Origin: Candidatus Hadarchaeota archaeon | GTDB taxonomy: Archaea; CAYQAE01; CAYVLA01 | Direction of reading: 5' to 3' | Assembly (NCBI GenBank): GCA_964621445.1 | Contig: CAZUNO010000001.1 | Coordinates: forward strand, 136,496 to 200,495 | DNA length: 64,000 nt | Shown here: positions 37,949 to 48,262 of the stretch, in pieces | Layout of the letters: each line of letters opens with the position of its first letter | Numbering within the stretch: position 1 is the first letter of the stretch | Translations under genes and position numbers: made by a program | The notes under the pieces: model-generated | What the model was told of the DNA's origin: nothing | Seen by the model: only the letters and a program-made list of their open reading frames with translations | Database searches by the model: none

Positions 37949-39526
37949 TTAGAGGCTGAGTGTCTCTACCCTCTCCATTCCTTTCATGCTTCTCAGTTCC
38001 TTAATAAGATCCGCGGGTACTTCTCTATCGGTCTGTATTACCATTACCGCCAGGTCTCCCATCTTTTTCCTTGAAACCTGCATGGTGGCTATGTTGATTC
38101 CCGAAGAGCCCAGCCTGGTTCCCACGGCTCCCACCATCCCAGGAATGTCCCTGTGTTCGGTGATTAGTATATGTCCCTCGGGGGCGAATTCAAGGTCATA
38201 ATCCGCAAGACCAACTATCCTTGGCTTATTGGAATCGAGAAGCGCTCCCTTGACCGTCCATTCATTCTCGGATGTCCTGACCTTTAGCTGTAAACTACTA
38301 AGATAGACGTCCCTTGCGCTGCTCCGGGAGATCTCGGTTTCGATTCCCATTCTCTCGACGGCGGTCATAACGTTGACTATATTAACTTCATGAAACTGTG
38401 ACAGTATTCCCAGCATGAATCTTCTCATCAGGTAGTCCGCATCCTCGACTTCGGTTGCCTCTCCTAGCAGGGATAATGACGCCAATTCCGGCCTGCTATC
38501 CACGAACAATGTAAGGATCTCAACCATCTTTCCCGTCAACTCCAGGTAGGGCTGTAGACCTCGAAGCGACTTCCGGTCGATATAGGGCATATTTACCGGA
38601 TTCCGCGTCGGCTTGCCTTTAAGCGCTTCTAGTACCTCGTCGGCAATTACCCTGGCTATTTGACTTTGGGCCTCGTGGGTTGAGGCTCCCAAGTGAGGGG
38701 TCAGTATCAGGTTCTCAATACGTGAAAGCTCATTAATCCGGGATCTGTCAAAGACATCCAGAGCGGCGCAGGCGATTTTCCGGTCTCTCAGCGCACCGAT
38801 CAATGAGTCAGCATCTACAACCTGGGCCCGGGAGGTGTTGACTAGAATGGCGTTCCTTTTCATCCTCTGTAGCTCCTCTTCACCTATTAGGCCCCTTGTG
38901 GATTCGGTGAGTGGAACATGCAGGGTTACAAAATCCGATTTTGCAAGAAGGTCCTCCAGCTGAACCAGTTCCGCCCCCATCTTGTTGACATATTCCTCGG
39001 ATGCGTAGGGATCGCTTACCAAAATATTTAGACCAAATCCCTTGGCTATGGTTGCCACCTTGGTGCCAATTCTGCCCAGGCCTATTATTCCAATATTCTT
39101 TCCCTCTATCTCCCTACCCACTAAATTTGATTTCTTCCATTCACCCTTGGTAAGGGATTCATTGGCCCTTGCTATTTTCCGGGAGGCGCATAAGAGTAGG
39201 GCGAAAACATGTTCGGCAACTGAGGTAGTGGAGGGATCGGGTGAGTTGACCACTAGAATTCCCTTCTCGGTTGCGGTTTCGATATCTATATTATCGGTGC
39301 CCACCCCGGCCCTGGCGATAACCCTTAGTTTACTAGCTCTGGCGAGTACTTCACTATCCACCTTGGTTCTAGATCTAATGACCATGGCCTCGAATTCCCC
39401 GATGGTGTCCAGTAGTTCCTGCCTTGAGATCCGGGGCGAGTTCACGACTTCGTTTTCCTTTCCAAGAATCTTCAATGCCGTTTCCCGGATGGGATCGCAG
39501 ATTAGGATCTTAGCCATGAGAGTCAC
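37949..39526 (-). CDS. serA: D-3-phosphoglycerate dehydrogenase (long form with ASB and ACT domains)
   Basis: RAGVG.DNID, GLGRIG, HVPLT, TPHLGAST.EAQ and ACT motif HRD.PG. Confidence 0.95.
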   Translation of the reverse strand: MTLMAKILICDPIRETALKILGKENEVVNSPRISRQELLDTIGEFEAMVIRSRTKVDSEVLARASKLRVIARAGVGTDNIDIETATEKGILVVNSPDPSTTSVAEHVFALLLCASRKIARANESLTKGEWKKSNLVGREIEGKNIGIIGLGRIGTKVATIAKGFGLNILVSDPYASEEYVNKMGAELVQLEDLLAKSDFVTLHVPLTESTRGLIGEEELQRMKRNAILVNTSRAQVVDADSLIGALRDRKIACAALDVFDRSRINELSRIENLILTPHLGASTHEAQSQIARVIADEVLEALKGKPTRNPVNMPYIDRKSLRGLQPYLELTGKMVEILTLFVDSRPELASLSLLGEATEVEDADYLMRRFMLGILSQFHEVNIVNVMTAVERMGIETEISRSSARDVYLSSLQLKVRTSENEWTVKGALLDSNKPRIVGLADYDLEFAPEGHILITEHRDIPGMVGAVGTRLGSSGINIATMQVSRKKMGDLAVMVIQTDREVPADLIKELRSMKGMERVETLSL

Positions 39527-39563
39527 CTAGTTTGAGTTTGAGCTACACAATAAATGTCGTATG

Positions 39564-40142
39564 TCACCGGCCGGATAGATGGGGGTTCTCGGGGATGTAG
39601 AATCTTAGGGGAAGTTCCTTGCCCTTGCTAAGGCCTATCCTCTTGCTGACCTCTATCCTTCTAGGTTCACCCCGACCCGAGGTGAAGAAGAGAACCTCGT
39701 CCGTCAGGTCCAGACCATTATGCCTTTTATCTATGTCCAGCGCCTGGGTCAGTTTGGCCGGTCCACTGGTGAGTTCCTCAAGCTCACTTCTTCGCCTCCT
39801 TTCCATCATCTTATCAATCCCTTTTACGGGTTCCAAGGCCCTAATCAACACCGCTCCAGCCTCCCCAGGGGGCTTGGCAACGGCGTTGAAACAGTAATGC
39901 ATCCCATAAGTAAAATAAACATATGCTATAGCGGCCTTGCCGAACATCACCGAATTCCTCGGTGTCCTGCGTGTTGATGCATGGCTCCCGGCATCGTTTC
40001 TCCCCAGGTAGGCCTCGGTCTCGACAACTATGCCGGATACTACTTCCTTCTCGGTCCGGTGAACCAGTTTGCTTCCCAGTAGATCCCGGGCAACTTCCTG
40101 GGTGGGCCTCTGGTAGAACTTCCGGGGGAGCAGTTTTTCCAT
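39564..40142 (-). CDS. mpg: 3-methyladenine DNA glycosylase (MPG/AAG)
   Basis: IVETEAY, YVYFTYGMH.C.N, AVLIRALEP, GPAKL and RIG. Confidence 0.93.
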   Translation of the reverse strand: MEKLLPRKFYQRPTQEVARDLLGSKLVHRTEKEVVSGIVVETEAYLGRNDAGSHASTRRTPRNSVMFGKAAIAYVYFTYGMHYCFNAVAKPPGEAGAVLIRALEPVKGIDKMMERRRRSELEELTSGPAKLTQALDIDKRHNGLDLTDEVLFFTSGRGEPRRIEVSKRIGLSKGKELPLRFYIPENPHLSGR

Positions 40143-40562
40143 TCACTCACCGATAATTTGAAGGTGTAAGGTTCTGTGTCGGGGACGGGTGTCAAGCTCT
40201 ACGAAAACTATCTGTTGCCAGGTTCCAAGTAGCAGTTTTCCGTCCTTGAAGGGGACGGTGATATCAGGCCCCATTATGCTGGCCCTTACATGGCTCCTAC
40301 CGTTATCATCTCCCCAGGTCTCGTGATGTGCGTAGTATTCGTCTTTGGGGGCGATCCTCTCCAGAGCGGCCGGTAGATCGGTGAACACTCCGGGCTCGAA
40401 TTCTGTGGTCGTCAGGGACCCGGTCGACCCGGGGACGAAAACGGTGACCGTCCCTGTGGTCATCCCTGATTTCTGGACGGCGGATTGTACCCGATCGGTG
40501 AGGTTAATCACGTCGAGTTCTTTCTTGGTATCTAGTTCGAAGGTAACGGTCTTGGTGGGCAT
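40143..40562 (-). CDS. YjbQ/UPF0047 family protein
   Basis: DNGRSHVRAS and LGTWQQI...E.D. Confidence 0.92.
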   Translation of the reverse strand: MPTKTVTFELDTKKELDVINLTDRVQSAVQKSGMTTGTVTVFVPGSTGSLTTTEFEPGVFTDLPAALERIAPKDEYYAHHETWGDDNGRSHVRASIMGPDITVPFKDGKLLLGTWQQIVFVELDTRPRHRTLHLQIIGE

Positions 40563-40809
40563 GGTACAATGATTTTTATTCTCAGGTTTGATAAAGCCTT
40601 ACGTACGATATGGCCATGGTTTCATTTATATATCTGAGAATTTTATATAAATTTGTAAAGAGACCCTTTGCAACATACCGCCAACCCCCCAAAGATGCTG
40701 AAGAAGACGTGAAATATCTTCCCCGAATCACGTTTTCTGATGATGCATCTACCTCCAATATTACTAGCGACAATAAACCGTTTAAGAGACCCGGCCATGA
40801 ACTCTTTCC

Positions 40810-41526
40810 ATGGAGAGTGAGGAATCTCGTGGGTTGGCCAGAAAGATAGCGGGGGAAATTTCCACTTCGCCGCGGCCCTGGGAGGCGATAAGGAAGTGGA
40901 GAAATATCTTCGATTTGTCGCAGGCAGATCTCGCCCAGGCCATGGACGTTTCACCATCAGTGATAAGCGATTACGAATCGGGTAGGAGAAAATCACCGCG
41001 CATAGATACCATAAAGCGCATAATCAAGGCGCTTTTTGAAACCGATTTGTCCCGTGGGGGAAGCACTATGAAATCCCTAACCCGGATGGTTGTACCCGAG
41101 ATGCCGGAAGGGGTTGTTCTGGCCATTCAGGAGTTCTCCGCGCCGATTCAAGGGAATAGACTTCTGGAAAAGGTGGAGGGAAGCGTTGTTGTGGGCGAGG
41201 ATTTCATCGACAGAGATCTTTTTGGTTTTACGGTAATTGACAGCGTCAAGGCCATACTTGAGCTTAGAAGTAGTGATTTCATGAAATTTTATGGCTTGAC
41301 CTCGGAAAGGGCATTAATATTCACCAGGGTATCCACTGGAAGATCACCCTTTGTGGCCATAAAGGTCGGTGGCATTAATCCTGGGTTGGTGGTCCTACAC
41401 GGGGCGAATCTTTCCGGGATCGATCAGCTAGGAAAAAGAATTGCCGAAAAGGAGAATATACCGGTTGCGATATCCAAGTGCCCAACAGTGGAGGATCTGA
41501 TTGATGGACTCAGAAGCCTAAGTTAG
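40810..41526 (+). CDS. XRE-type HTH transcriptional regulator (archaeal COG1709-like)
   Basis: IAGEI, RKWR.IF..SQ..LA....SVISDYESGRRKSP and RALIFT.VSTGRSP. Confidence 0.88.
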   Translation: MESEESRGLARKIAGEISTSPRPWEAIRKWRNIFDLSQADLAQAMDVSPSVISDYESGRRKSPRIDTIKRIIKALFETDLSRGGSTMKSLTRMVVPEMPEGVVLAIQEFSAPIQGNRLLEKVEGSVVVGEDFIDRDLFGFTVIDSVKAILELRSSDFMKFYGLTSERALIFTRVSTGRSPFVAIKVGGINPGLVVLHGANLSGIDQLGKRIAEKENIPVAISKCPTVEDLIDGLRSLS

Positions 41527-41527
41527 G

Positions 41528-41638
41528 CTATTCCTCTTCTTCTGAAGGACGCAGAAGGAGCCAAGAATAGAACATCAATGCTATCGAGATAAAAATTATC
41601 ATGAACATTAAAATTATCCATATACCGCCCATTTTCAT
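41528..41638 (-). CDS. 36-aa single-TM small protein (absent from ORF track)
   Basis: MKMGGIWIILMFMIIFISIALMFYSWLLLRPSEEEE*, with SD GGGGTGA 7 nt upstream and a stop adjacent to the convergent regulator stop. Confidence 0.6.
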   Translation of the reverse strand: MKMGGIWIILMFMIIFISIALMFYSWLLLRPSEEEE

Positions 41639-41820
41639 TGGTCGTTCACCCCTCTACCGAGAATCAGCCTCGACAAGTTTCTTTCTTTCCGCCCTTCGAT
41701 TGAGATATAAATGTTACGATTAATGGATCAAAGGCCCTTCCTGCCCTTTTGCCGAGATCTTCAATTCCGGAATTTGGATTTGGGCAATAAACAAAAGGAA
41801 TAGAGAAAAATACTCCTTCA

Positions 41821-42480
41821 TTGAAAGCTCGAGACCGGGGATTTCCGTGGGTTACCCTCTTTCTAATCGTATTTAATCTGGTAGCATTCGGGTTAACCAC
41901 CGGACCAACCCTTGAACTGGAACCTGGAATGGCAGTCCGGTACGGTCTAGTGCCCTCCCGATTACTTTCCGGTGATAACCCATGGTCCATAATGACCCAC
42001 ATGTTTGTACATGCCGAAATCTTCCACCTTTTTTTCAACATGTTGGCCTTGATGTGGCTCGGCTCATCACTCGAACCCCGAATTGGAAAGGCGGGGTTCC
42101 TGGCCGTGTATATCGCGTGTGGAATGATGGCTGGGATTGGTTTTGGCATCTTCAATGCGGCTGTGAATGTGCCGGCAGTGGGCGCCTCGGCGGCGATATT
42201 TGGTTTGATGGGGACTCTATCGCTCCTATACCCAACCAGTTTCGTGGTAATTTTGGTAATCCCGGTTCCAATCATGCTGATTTCGACCGTTTATGCGATA
42301 GTAACGGTGGTCACCATACAAAGCGGGAATACGGGACCGGTTGGTCACCTTGCTCATCTGATTGGAATGGCCAGCGGCATGTTACTTGCCTTTCTAATGG
42401 AACCCCAAGACGCATTAAAGGGGATGGTTATTTTCATTATGTGCTTCATAGGCATAGTTATTGCTATCCAGATAATCTAG
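41821..42480 (+). CDS. Rhomboid intramembrane serine protease
   Basis: MFVH...HL.FNM, GASAAIFG and HLAHLIG. Confidence 0.92.
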   Translation: MKARDRGFPWVTLFLIVFNLVAFGLTTGPTLELEPGMAVRYGLVPSRLLSGDNPWSIMTHMFVHAEIFHLFFNMLALMWLGSSLEPRIGKAGFLAVYIACGMMAGIGFGIFNAAVNVPAVGASAAIFGLMGTLSLLYPTSFVVILVIPVPIMLISTVYAIVTVVTIQSGNTGPVGHLAHLIGMASGMLLAFLMEPQDALKGMVIFIMCFIGIVIAIQII

Positions 42481-42552
42481 ACGCCCCTTTGCCTTTTCCA
42501 TCAATTTTTCCTGGATAATCAAGTCACATATTAAAACAAAAAGGCGCCCAGG

Positions 42553-43479
42553 TTGAATATGAAGGTGCTAGTTACCGGTGGAGCAGGCTTCATCGGGTCA
42601 AATCTCTCCAACCTGCTTTATGAGAGGGGGTATGAGGTCATCGCTCTGGATGATCTGAGCCTGGGAGTGCCCGTGAACCTCCGAGATCAGGTCGAGCTGG
42701 TGGATGGCTCGGTAACCGATTTTCAAACCGTTAAAGGCTGCATGGAAGGCGTTGACGCGGTATTTCATCTCGCCGCCAAGAGCAGCGTGACCATGATCGA
42801 CGATGATCCGATATCCGGAGAGGAGGTAAACGTTGGCGGTTTTCTGAAGATACTGGAGGCCGGTGAGGAGGAAGGTATTCGTCGCGTGGTTTATGCCTCA
42901 ACGAGCAGCATGTATAGCTCGATTGAGCCTCCCCACCGGGAGGATGCCTACATTATTCCCCGAACCCTTTACGAGCAGAACTTTCTTGCCAGGGAGCACA
43001 TAGCTGGTATCTATTCTGCTACCAGGGACGTGGAGACGGTGGGCATGAGATTCTTTAGCGTATACGGCCCCAATGAGTGGCATAAGGGGGAATACGCCAA
43101 CCTGGTTAGCCAGTTTTTATGGTCGATGATGAAGGACGAGAGACCTGTGCTTTACGGTGACGGGAGTCAAACCCGGGATTTTACCCATGTCTTGGACGTC
43201 TGTGAAGCCTTGATTCTCGCTTCCGAGGTCCAAGGTGTAAGCGGGGATGTTTTCAACGTTTGCACGGGGGAGAACTACGATCTCAATCAACTGGTGGAGA
43301 TGATCAACCAGGAGCTAGGAACGGATATAGAACCCGAGTATGTTCCGAACCCTCTCGACATGTATGTTCAATCAACGCTCGGAGACCCACAAAAGGCAAG
43401 GGAAAAACTAGGCTTCGAAGCCTCCATCTCCCTTGAAAAGGGTGTATCCATGCTGGTGGCCGAGCAACAGGAGCACTAG
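42553..43479 (+). CDS. NAD-dependent epimerase/dehydratase (extended SDR)
   Basis: TGGAGFIGS, HLAA, R.FSVYGP and GDGSQTRDF. The YxxxK motif appears as YEQNF, which is atypical. Confidence 0.88.
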   Translation: MNMKVLVTGGAGFIGSNLSNLLYERGYEVIALDDLSLGVPVNLRDQVELVDGSVTDFQTVKGCMEGVDAVFHLAAKSSVTMIDDDPISGEEVNVGGFLKILEAGEEEGIRRVVYASTSSMYSSIEPPHREDAYIIPRTLYEQNFLAREHIAGIYSATRDVETVGMRFFSVYGPNEWHKGEYANLVSQFLWSMMKDERPVLYGDGSQTRDFTHVLDVCEALILASEVQGVSGDVFNVCTGENYDLNQLVEMINQELGTDIEPEYVPNPLDMYVQSTLGDPQKAREKLGFEASISLEKGVSMLVAEQQEH

Positions 43480-44870
43480 TTCTCCTTCATCAGGTTTTTC
43501 CCAATGCCGATGAGCCGGTCCACCTCTTCCTTTGAATCGGCCTCGGCATAAACCCTTATTACGGGCTCCGTACCGGAAGGCCTGAGAAGGAGCCAGCTCC
43601 CGGAGTCAAGATAGGCCTTGATACCGTCCTTCCTAACCACTTTTTTAGGTCTACTTCCCAGCGCTTTGGTGAACTGTTTGGTCGAGATCTTGAAATCCTC
43701 ATCCGAAATCGCCATCGGTACTTGGCTCCGACTACTCACAAATTTACCATACTTTTCGGAGAATTCATTCATCAGATCGGTTATCGGCTTCTTCCTTTCG
43801 GCCAGCATCTCGGCTATTCTTAGCGAGGTCAGAATCCCGTCCTTCTCCGGAACGTGATCCCAGTATCCGAATCCCCCTGACTCCTCACCCCCGATGACGG
43901 CCTTTTCCTTCATCAGGTAGGGAGCTATGTATTTGAATCCCACCGGGACTTCATGGAGTTCAACTCCCAGGTCAGCGGCCAGGCCATCCACGGATGAGGT
44001 GGTGGCCACGGTCCTGACAATTCCTCCCCTTTTTGCGCTCTGGATCTTGGTTGCTAGCAGGGGGAAGATCATGTTGGGAGATATGTAGCCGCCGTCCGGT
44101 CCGATGGCCGCTATTCGGTCGGCGTCTCCGTCGGTGGCCAGTCCTAGGTCGGCTCCCTCTTCCTGGACCTTTTGGCTGAGGGCAGTAAGCCTTTCTTCAG
44201 CCGGGTCGGGTTGTATGCCTCCGAAGTCGGGGTCGGGATGATCATTAATGGTGACCACATCAACCCCAAAACTGTTTAGCAGACGGTCAACGTATCCCCT
44301 GCCCGTACCGTGCATGGGATCGTAAACTATCTTCAGATCGGATGTTGACAATACCACCGCTCCCATCATGGCCCTTATGTCCTCGTAGTATGCCTGGAAG
44401 GGATCTATATTCTCGATATCTCCCGTCTCCTGTTCCTCAAATGAAATTTCCGAGGTCCCCTGGGATACCAGGATTTGGATGGTGTTTGTGATCTCTTCAT
44501 TTGCGGGACCGGCGTAATAGGGTATGAATTTGATTCCGTTCCAATCCGAAGGATTATGTGATGCGGTTATCATGACCCCGCCGCAGGCATCCCAGTAATT
44601 TACGGCGTTCGCAATTACCGGGGTGGGAGCGTCCCTCTCGGACTTGAGGACGTTGAAACCTGCTGAAGAGGCTACCTCGGAAACCCTCTGGGCATATTTT
44701 TCAGAATTTTTTCTGGTGTCGAAACCCACTATGATCCGATTTTCCGACGGGGAGTTTCCAGATTTGACCAGGAAGGTGCAGATGGATTTGGCGAGGGCCT
44801 CAACCCCTTCCATTGTGAATTCCTCATCCATTCGCGCCCGCCAACCGTCCGTCCCGAAATCAACTCTCAT
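43476..44870 (-). CDS. Phosphoglucomutase/phosphomannomutase
   Basis: FGTDGWR, ITASHNP, DGDADR, GGEESGG and RPSGTEP. Confidence 0.93.
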   Translation of the reverse strand: MRVDFGTDGWRARMDEEFTMEGVEALAKSICTFLVKSGNSPSENRIIVGFDTRKNSEKYAQRVSEVASSAGFNVLKSERDAPTPVIANAVNYWDACGGVMITASHNPSDWNGIKFIPYYAGPANEEITNTIQILVSQGTSEISFEEQETGDIENIDPFQAYYEDIRAMMGAVVLSTSDLKIVYDPMHGTGRGYVDRLLNSFGVDVVTINDHPDPDFGGIQPDPAEERLTALSQKVQEEGADLGLATDGDADRIAAIGPDGGYISPNMIFPLLATKIQSAKRGGIVRTVATTSSVDGLAADLGVELHEVPVGFKYIAPYLMKEKAVIGGEESGGFGYWDHVPEKDGILTSLRIAEMLAERKKPITDLMNEFSEKYGKFVSSRSQVPMAISDEDFKISTKQFTKALGSRPKKVVRKDGIKAYLDSGSWLLLRPSGTEPVIRVYAEADSKEEVDRLIGIGKNLMKEN

Positions 44871-44984
44871 CGTTCGTAGGTTGTGATGATTTCAATAAAA
44901 AATTTGCCTTCCATAATGCAATTAGAGCGGGAATGTCGGTCCTTATAGTGCTAATTTATTAGATGAAGCACAAAGATTCTCAGC

Positions 44985-45545
44985 GTGAAGGCAATAATCG
45001 GCTTGCTAATCACCGCTCTTCTGGCTACCGTCCCGGTATTGGGTCTCGATCAGGTCCCGCTTGGGGAATATCTGCCTGGGGCCTACGAGGGTTATTCCAT
45101 GCAGGGCGGTGAATACTACGTTGTGGAGAACTTGACTGGGCTATATGATGGAGAATATATGAAATACGTTGAAAGAGGGGTCATGGCCGCGGTCTCCGGT
45201 ATATATACCAGGGATTCTTCCTACTACAGCGTCATCATTCATCAGATGGAGTCGGAGGCCGATTCAAAATCCATCGTTGAATACTTCGAGGAGACAATCT
45301 ATGGAGGGGGGCCTTCGAAAGTGGATATCGGTGACGGAGGTTTTAGGTATGAGCAGTACGAAATGAATTACCTTTATTTCTCCGAGGGGTTTATATTCGT
45401 AAGATTGGAGGGCTCTGGGGATTCAATTTACAACACGATGTGGGATTCGGCGAATAGGGTGGTTCAGCGGATCCCATTTCCCTCCTTTACGGCCGCCCTA
45501 TCGATCCTATCTTTGTTAGTTTTCGTCCGGTCATCCCGGCCATGA
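44985..45545 (+). CDS. Secreted protein with C-terminal sorting-signal-like anchor
   Basis: Signal peptide MKAIIGLLITALLATVPVLG; C-terminal RIPFPSFTAALSILSLLVFVRSSRP. Confidence 0.65.
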   Translation: MKAIIGLLITALLATVPVLGLDQVPLGEYLPGAYEGYSMQGGEYYVVENLTGLYDGEYMKYVERGVMAAVSGIYTRDSSYYSVIIHQMESEADSKSIVEYFEETIYGGGPSKVDIGDGGFRYEQYEMNYLYFSEGFIFVRLEGSGDSIYNTMWDSANRVVQRIPFPSFTAALSILSLLVFVRSSRP

Positions 45546-45635
45546 ACTTCGACAAAAGCCGAACATATCATTACATTTCGCCGATACAGTTAAGTAAACT
45601 CCTCCTCTGAAGGGATTTAGACAGAACAGTGCAAG

Positions 45636-46697
45636 GTGTTTGATTTGAAGTCAGCCATTATCGGTTATGGAGCCTATGTCCCCCGTTTCAGAATCCGGTC
45701 AAGGGATATAGCAACGATATGGGGTCAGGATCCCGATGCAATCGAAAAGGGACTTGGTATCACCGAGAAGTCGGTGCCGGGAATAGATGAGGACACCATA
45801 ACCATCTCAGTCCAGGCATCTAGGTATGCCGTTAGGAGGGCCGGGATAGACCCGAGGGAGATAGGGGCCATATACATAGGGTCAGAATCCCATCCCTATG
45901 CGGTGAAGCCCAGCGCAACCGTGACGGCGGCCGCCATTGGGACTGGAGATGATTTGACGGCGGCCGACTTCGAGTTCGCCTGTAAGGCGGGGACGGCGGG
46001 CATGCAGACGGTGATGGGTCTTGTGAACTCCGGAGGCATAGATTATGGCCTGGCCATAGGTGCGGATACGGCACAGGGGGCACCGGGAGACCCACTTGAG
46101 TACTCGGCCGCCGCCGGCGGTGCTGCATTCATCATTGGTGCGGATAACGATGCCAGTGTGGCCAGCGTGGACTACACGACCTCCATGACCACCGATACGC
46201 CTGACTTCTGGAGGAGGGAGGGCCGTGCATATCCCAGGCACGGTGGGCGGTTCACCGGGAAACCGGCATATTTCAAACATGTGGTGGAGACCACCAGAAG
46301 GCTTATGGATGATCTTGACAGGAAACCCGAGGATTTCACCTACGCCGTTTTTCATATGCCCAACAGGAAGTTCCCGGTAAGGGCTTCCATGGCCCTGGGT
46401 TTCAATATGGATCAGGTCAAACCTGGTCTGGTGGTAGAGAAGGTGGGTAATACCTATTCAGGCTGCTCGCCTCTTGGCTTGACCGCCGTTCTTGACGTAG
46501 CCAATCCGGGAGACACGATTGTGCTCACCAGCTACGGGTCGGGAGCGGGAAGTGATAGCTTCGCATTCACGGTGAAGGAAGGTATAGAATCAAAGAGAGG
46601 CCTGGCTCCTCTGACCAGCGAGATAATTGAAAACAAGAAGTACATAGATTATGCCACATATGCCAAGCTTAGAGAAAAGCTGATGTTTGCGGAGTGA
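45636..46697 (+). CDS. hmgB: Hydroxymethylglutaryl-CoA synthase (archaeal)
   Basis: GSESHPYAVKP, EFACKAG, PDFWRR, FTGKPAYF, GNTYSG and SYGSGAGSD. Confidence 0.95.
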   Translation: MFDLKSAIIGYGAYVPRFRIRSRDIATIWGQDPDAIEKGLGITEKSVPGIDEDTITISVQASRYAVRRAGIDPREIGAIYIGSESHPYAVKPSATVTAAAIGTGDDLTAADFEFACKAGTAGMQTVMGLVNSGGIDYGLAIGADTAQGAPGDPLEYSAAAGGAAFIIGADNDASVASVDYTTSMTTDTPDFWRREGRAYPRHGGRFTGKPAYFKHVVETTRRLMDDLDRKPEDFTYAVFHMPNRKFPVRASMALGFNMDQVKPGLVVEKVGNTYSGCSPLGLTAVLDVANPGDTIVLTSYGSGAGSDSFAFTVKEGIESKRGLAPLTSEIIENKKYIDYATYAKLREKLMFAE

Positions 46698-46702
46698 TTT
46701 GA

Positions 46703-47860
46703 ATGGATAGAGTAGCCATAATCGGGGTCGGAATAACGGATTTTGGAGAGCTATGGGATAAATCGCTGCGGGACCTCACCGTGGAGGCCGGGCTGGGGGC
46801 AATCAGGGATTCCGGCCTTCCCGGGGAAGAGATAGATGCTCTCTACTCCGGCTGTATGTCAAGCGGTATTTTCGTTAAGCAGGAGCATATATCGAGCATT
46901 CTCGCTGATTACTGCGGGCTGACTCCAAAGCCCTCTACCAGGGTTGAGAGCGCCTGCGCGTCAGGTGGGTTGGCTCTGAGACAGGCCATAATGGCCGTCC
47001 AGTCCGGAATGCATGATGTGGTGGTTGCCGGTGGAGTGGAGAAGATGACCGATATATTGACCGAACAAACCACCATGGCCCTAGCATGTGCCGCCGACCG
47101 GGAATGGGAGGCCTTTCAGGGCGTAACATTTCCCGCCTTGTATGCGATGATTGCACAGCGTCATATGTACGATTTTGGAACCACCGAGGAGCATCTTTCC
47201 CTGGTCTCCGTCAAGAACCATCAAAACGGGGCCAAAAACCCTCACGCACAGTATCAAAGGGCGGTGACCCTTGAACAGGTAATGGGGAGTTCACTGATAG
47301 CGGATCCAATTCGCCTTCTTCACTGCTCTCCCATAAGCGACGGGGCTGCGGCCTTGGTGGTGTGTTCGGAGGAAAGGGCCAAGGAAGCGGCGGCGGAACC
47401 GGTGTGGGTTCTAGGATCGGGACAAGCATCGGATACCATTGCCCTCCATGACCGAAGAGATATCACCACATTGGATGCCACCATACATTCGGCGAAGAAG
47501 GCATATGAAATGGCAGGTATTGGCCCCCGGGATATCGATTTTGCGGAGGTGCATGACTGCTTTACGATAGCGGAGATCTGTGCGATAGAGGACCTTGGGT
47601 TCTTTGAGAAGGGGGAAGGTGGAAAGGCGACCGAGGACGGTCGGACGGAGCTCAATTCGGATATCTCAATTAACCCCAGCGGAGGGCTCAAATCAAAGGG
47701 CCACCCCGTTGGGGCCACTGGAATTGGGCAGGTCGTGGAGGCGGTTACCCAACTTAGGGGGGAAGCCGGAGATCGACAGGTGGATGACGCGGAGCTGGGA
47801 TTGACCCACAATATCGGCGGTTCCGGCGGAACATGCGTTACTCATATACTCGGAAGGTGA
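46703..47860 (+). CDS. Acetoacetyl-CoA thiolase (archaeal, SCP2-type)
   Basis: [32 protein letters not shown] and HNIGG. Confidence 0.94.
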   Translation: MDRVAIIGVGITDFGELWDKSLRDLTVEAGLGAIRDSGLPGEEIDALYSGCMSSGIFVKQEHISSILADYCGLTPKPSTRVESACASGGLALRQAIMAVQSGMHDVVVAGGVEKMTDILTEQTTMALACAADREWEAFQGVTFPALYAMIAQRHMYDFGTTEEHLSLVSVKNHQNGAKNPHAQYQRAVTLEQVMGSSLIADPIRLLHCSPISDGAAALVVCSEERAKEAAAEPVWVLGSGQASDTIALHDRRDITTLDATIHSAKKAYEMAGIGPRDIDFAEVHDCFTIAEICAIEDLGFFEKGEGGKATEDGRTELNSDISINPSGGLKSKGHPVGATGIGQVVEAVTQLRGEAGDRQVDDAELGLTHNIGGSGGTCVTHILGR

Positions 47861-47861
47861 T

Positions 47862-48257
47862 ATGATGGGAGTACCGAGATTCTGGAGAGAGATTCACTAC
47901 AGATATAAACTAATAGGCACAAAGTGCTCGAACTGTGATGAGGCCTTCTTCCCTCCCAGGGGGATCTGTCCCAACTGCAGGGGGTCAGGGGATGTGGATT
48001 CCCTAAAACTGTCAGGAAGGGGAGAGATCGTTACCTACACGGTGGTGAGGGTTCCTCCTGAGGGGTTCGAGAAAGAGGCCCCCTACGTGGTGGCCATAGT
48101 GAAGTTGGAGGAAGGTCCCAGGATAACATCTCAGATAGTGGATTGTGACCCGGATGAGGTTAAGATCGGGTCCCGGGTCAAATCGGTTTTCAGGAAGGTT
48201 GACGAGGATGGCCCGGCGGGTATAATCCACTACGGGTATAAGTTCATTCTTGAATAG
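47862..48257 (+). CDS. DUF35 Zn-ribbon/OB-fold scaffold protein of the thiolase-HMGCS complex
   Basis: PRFWR, CxxC...FPPR..CPxC and G.IHYGYKF. Confidence 0.93.
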   Translation: MMGVPRFWREIHYRYKLIGTKCSNCDEAFFPPRGICPNCRGSGDVDSLKLSGRGEIVTYTVVRVPPEGFEKEAPYVVAIVKLEEGPRITSQIVDCDPDEVKIGSRVKSVFRKVDEDGPAGIIHYGYKFILE

Positions 48258-48262
48258 GAGGA

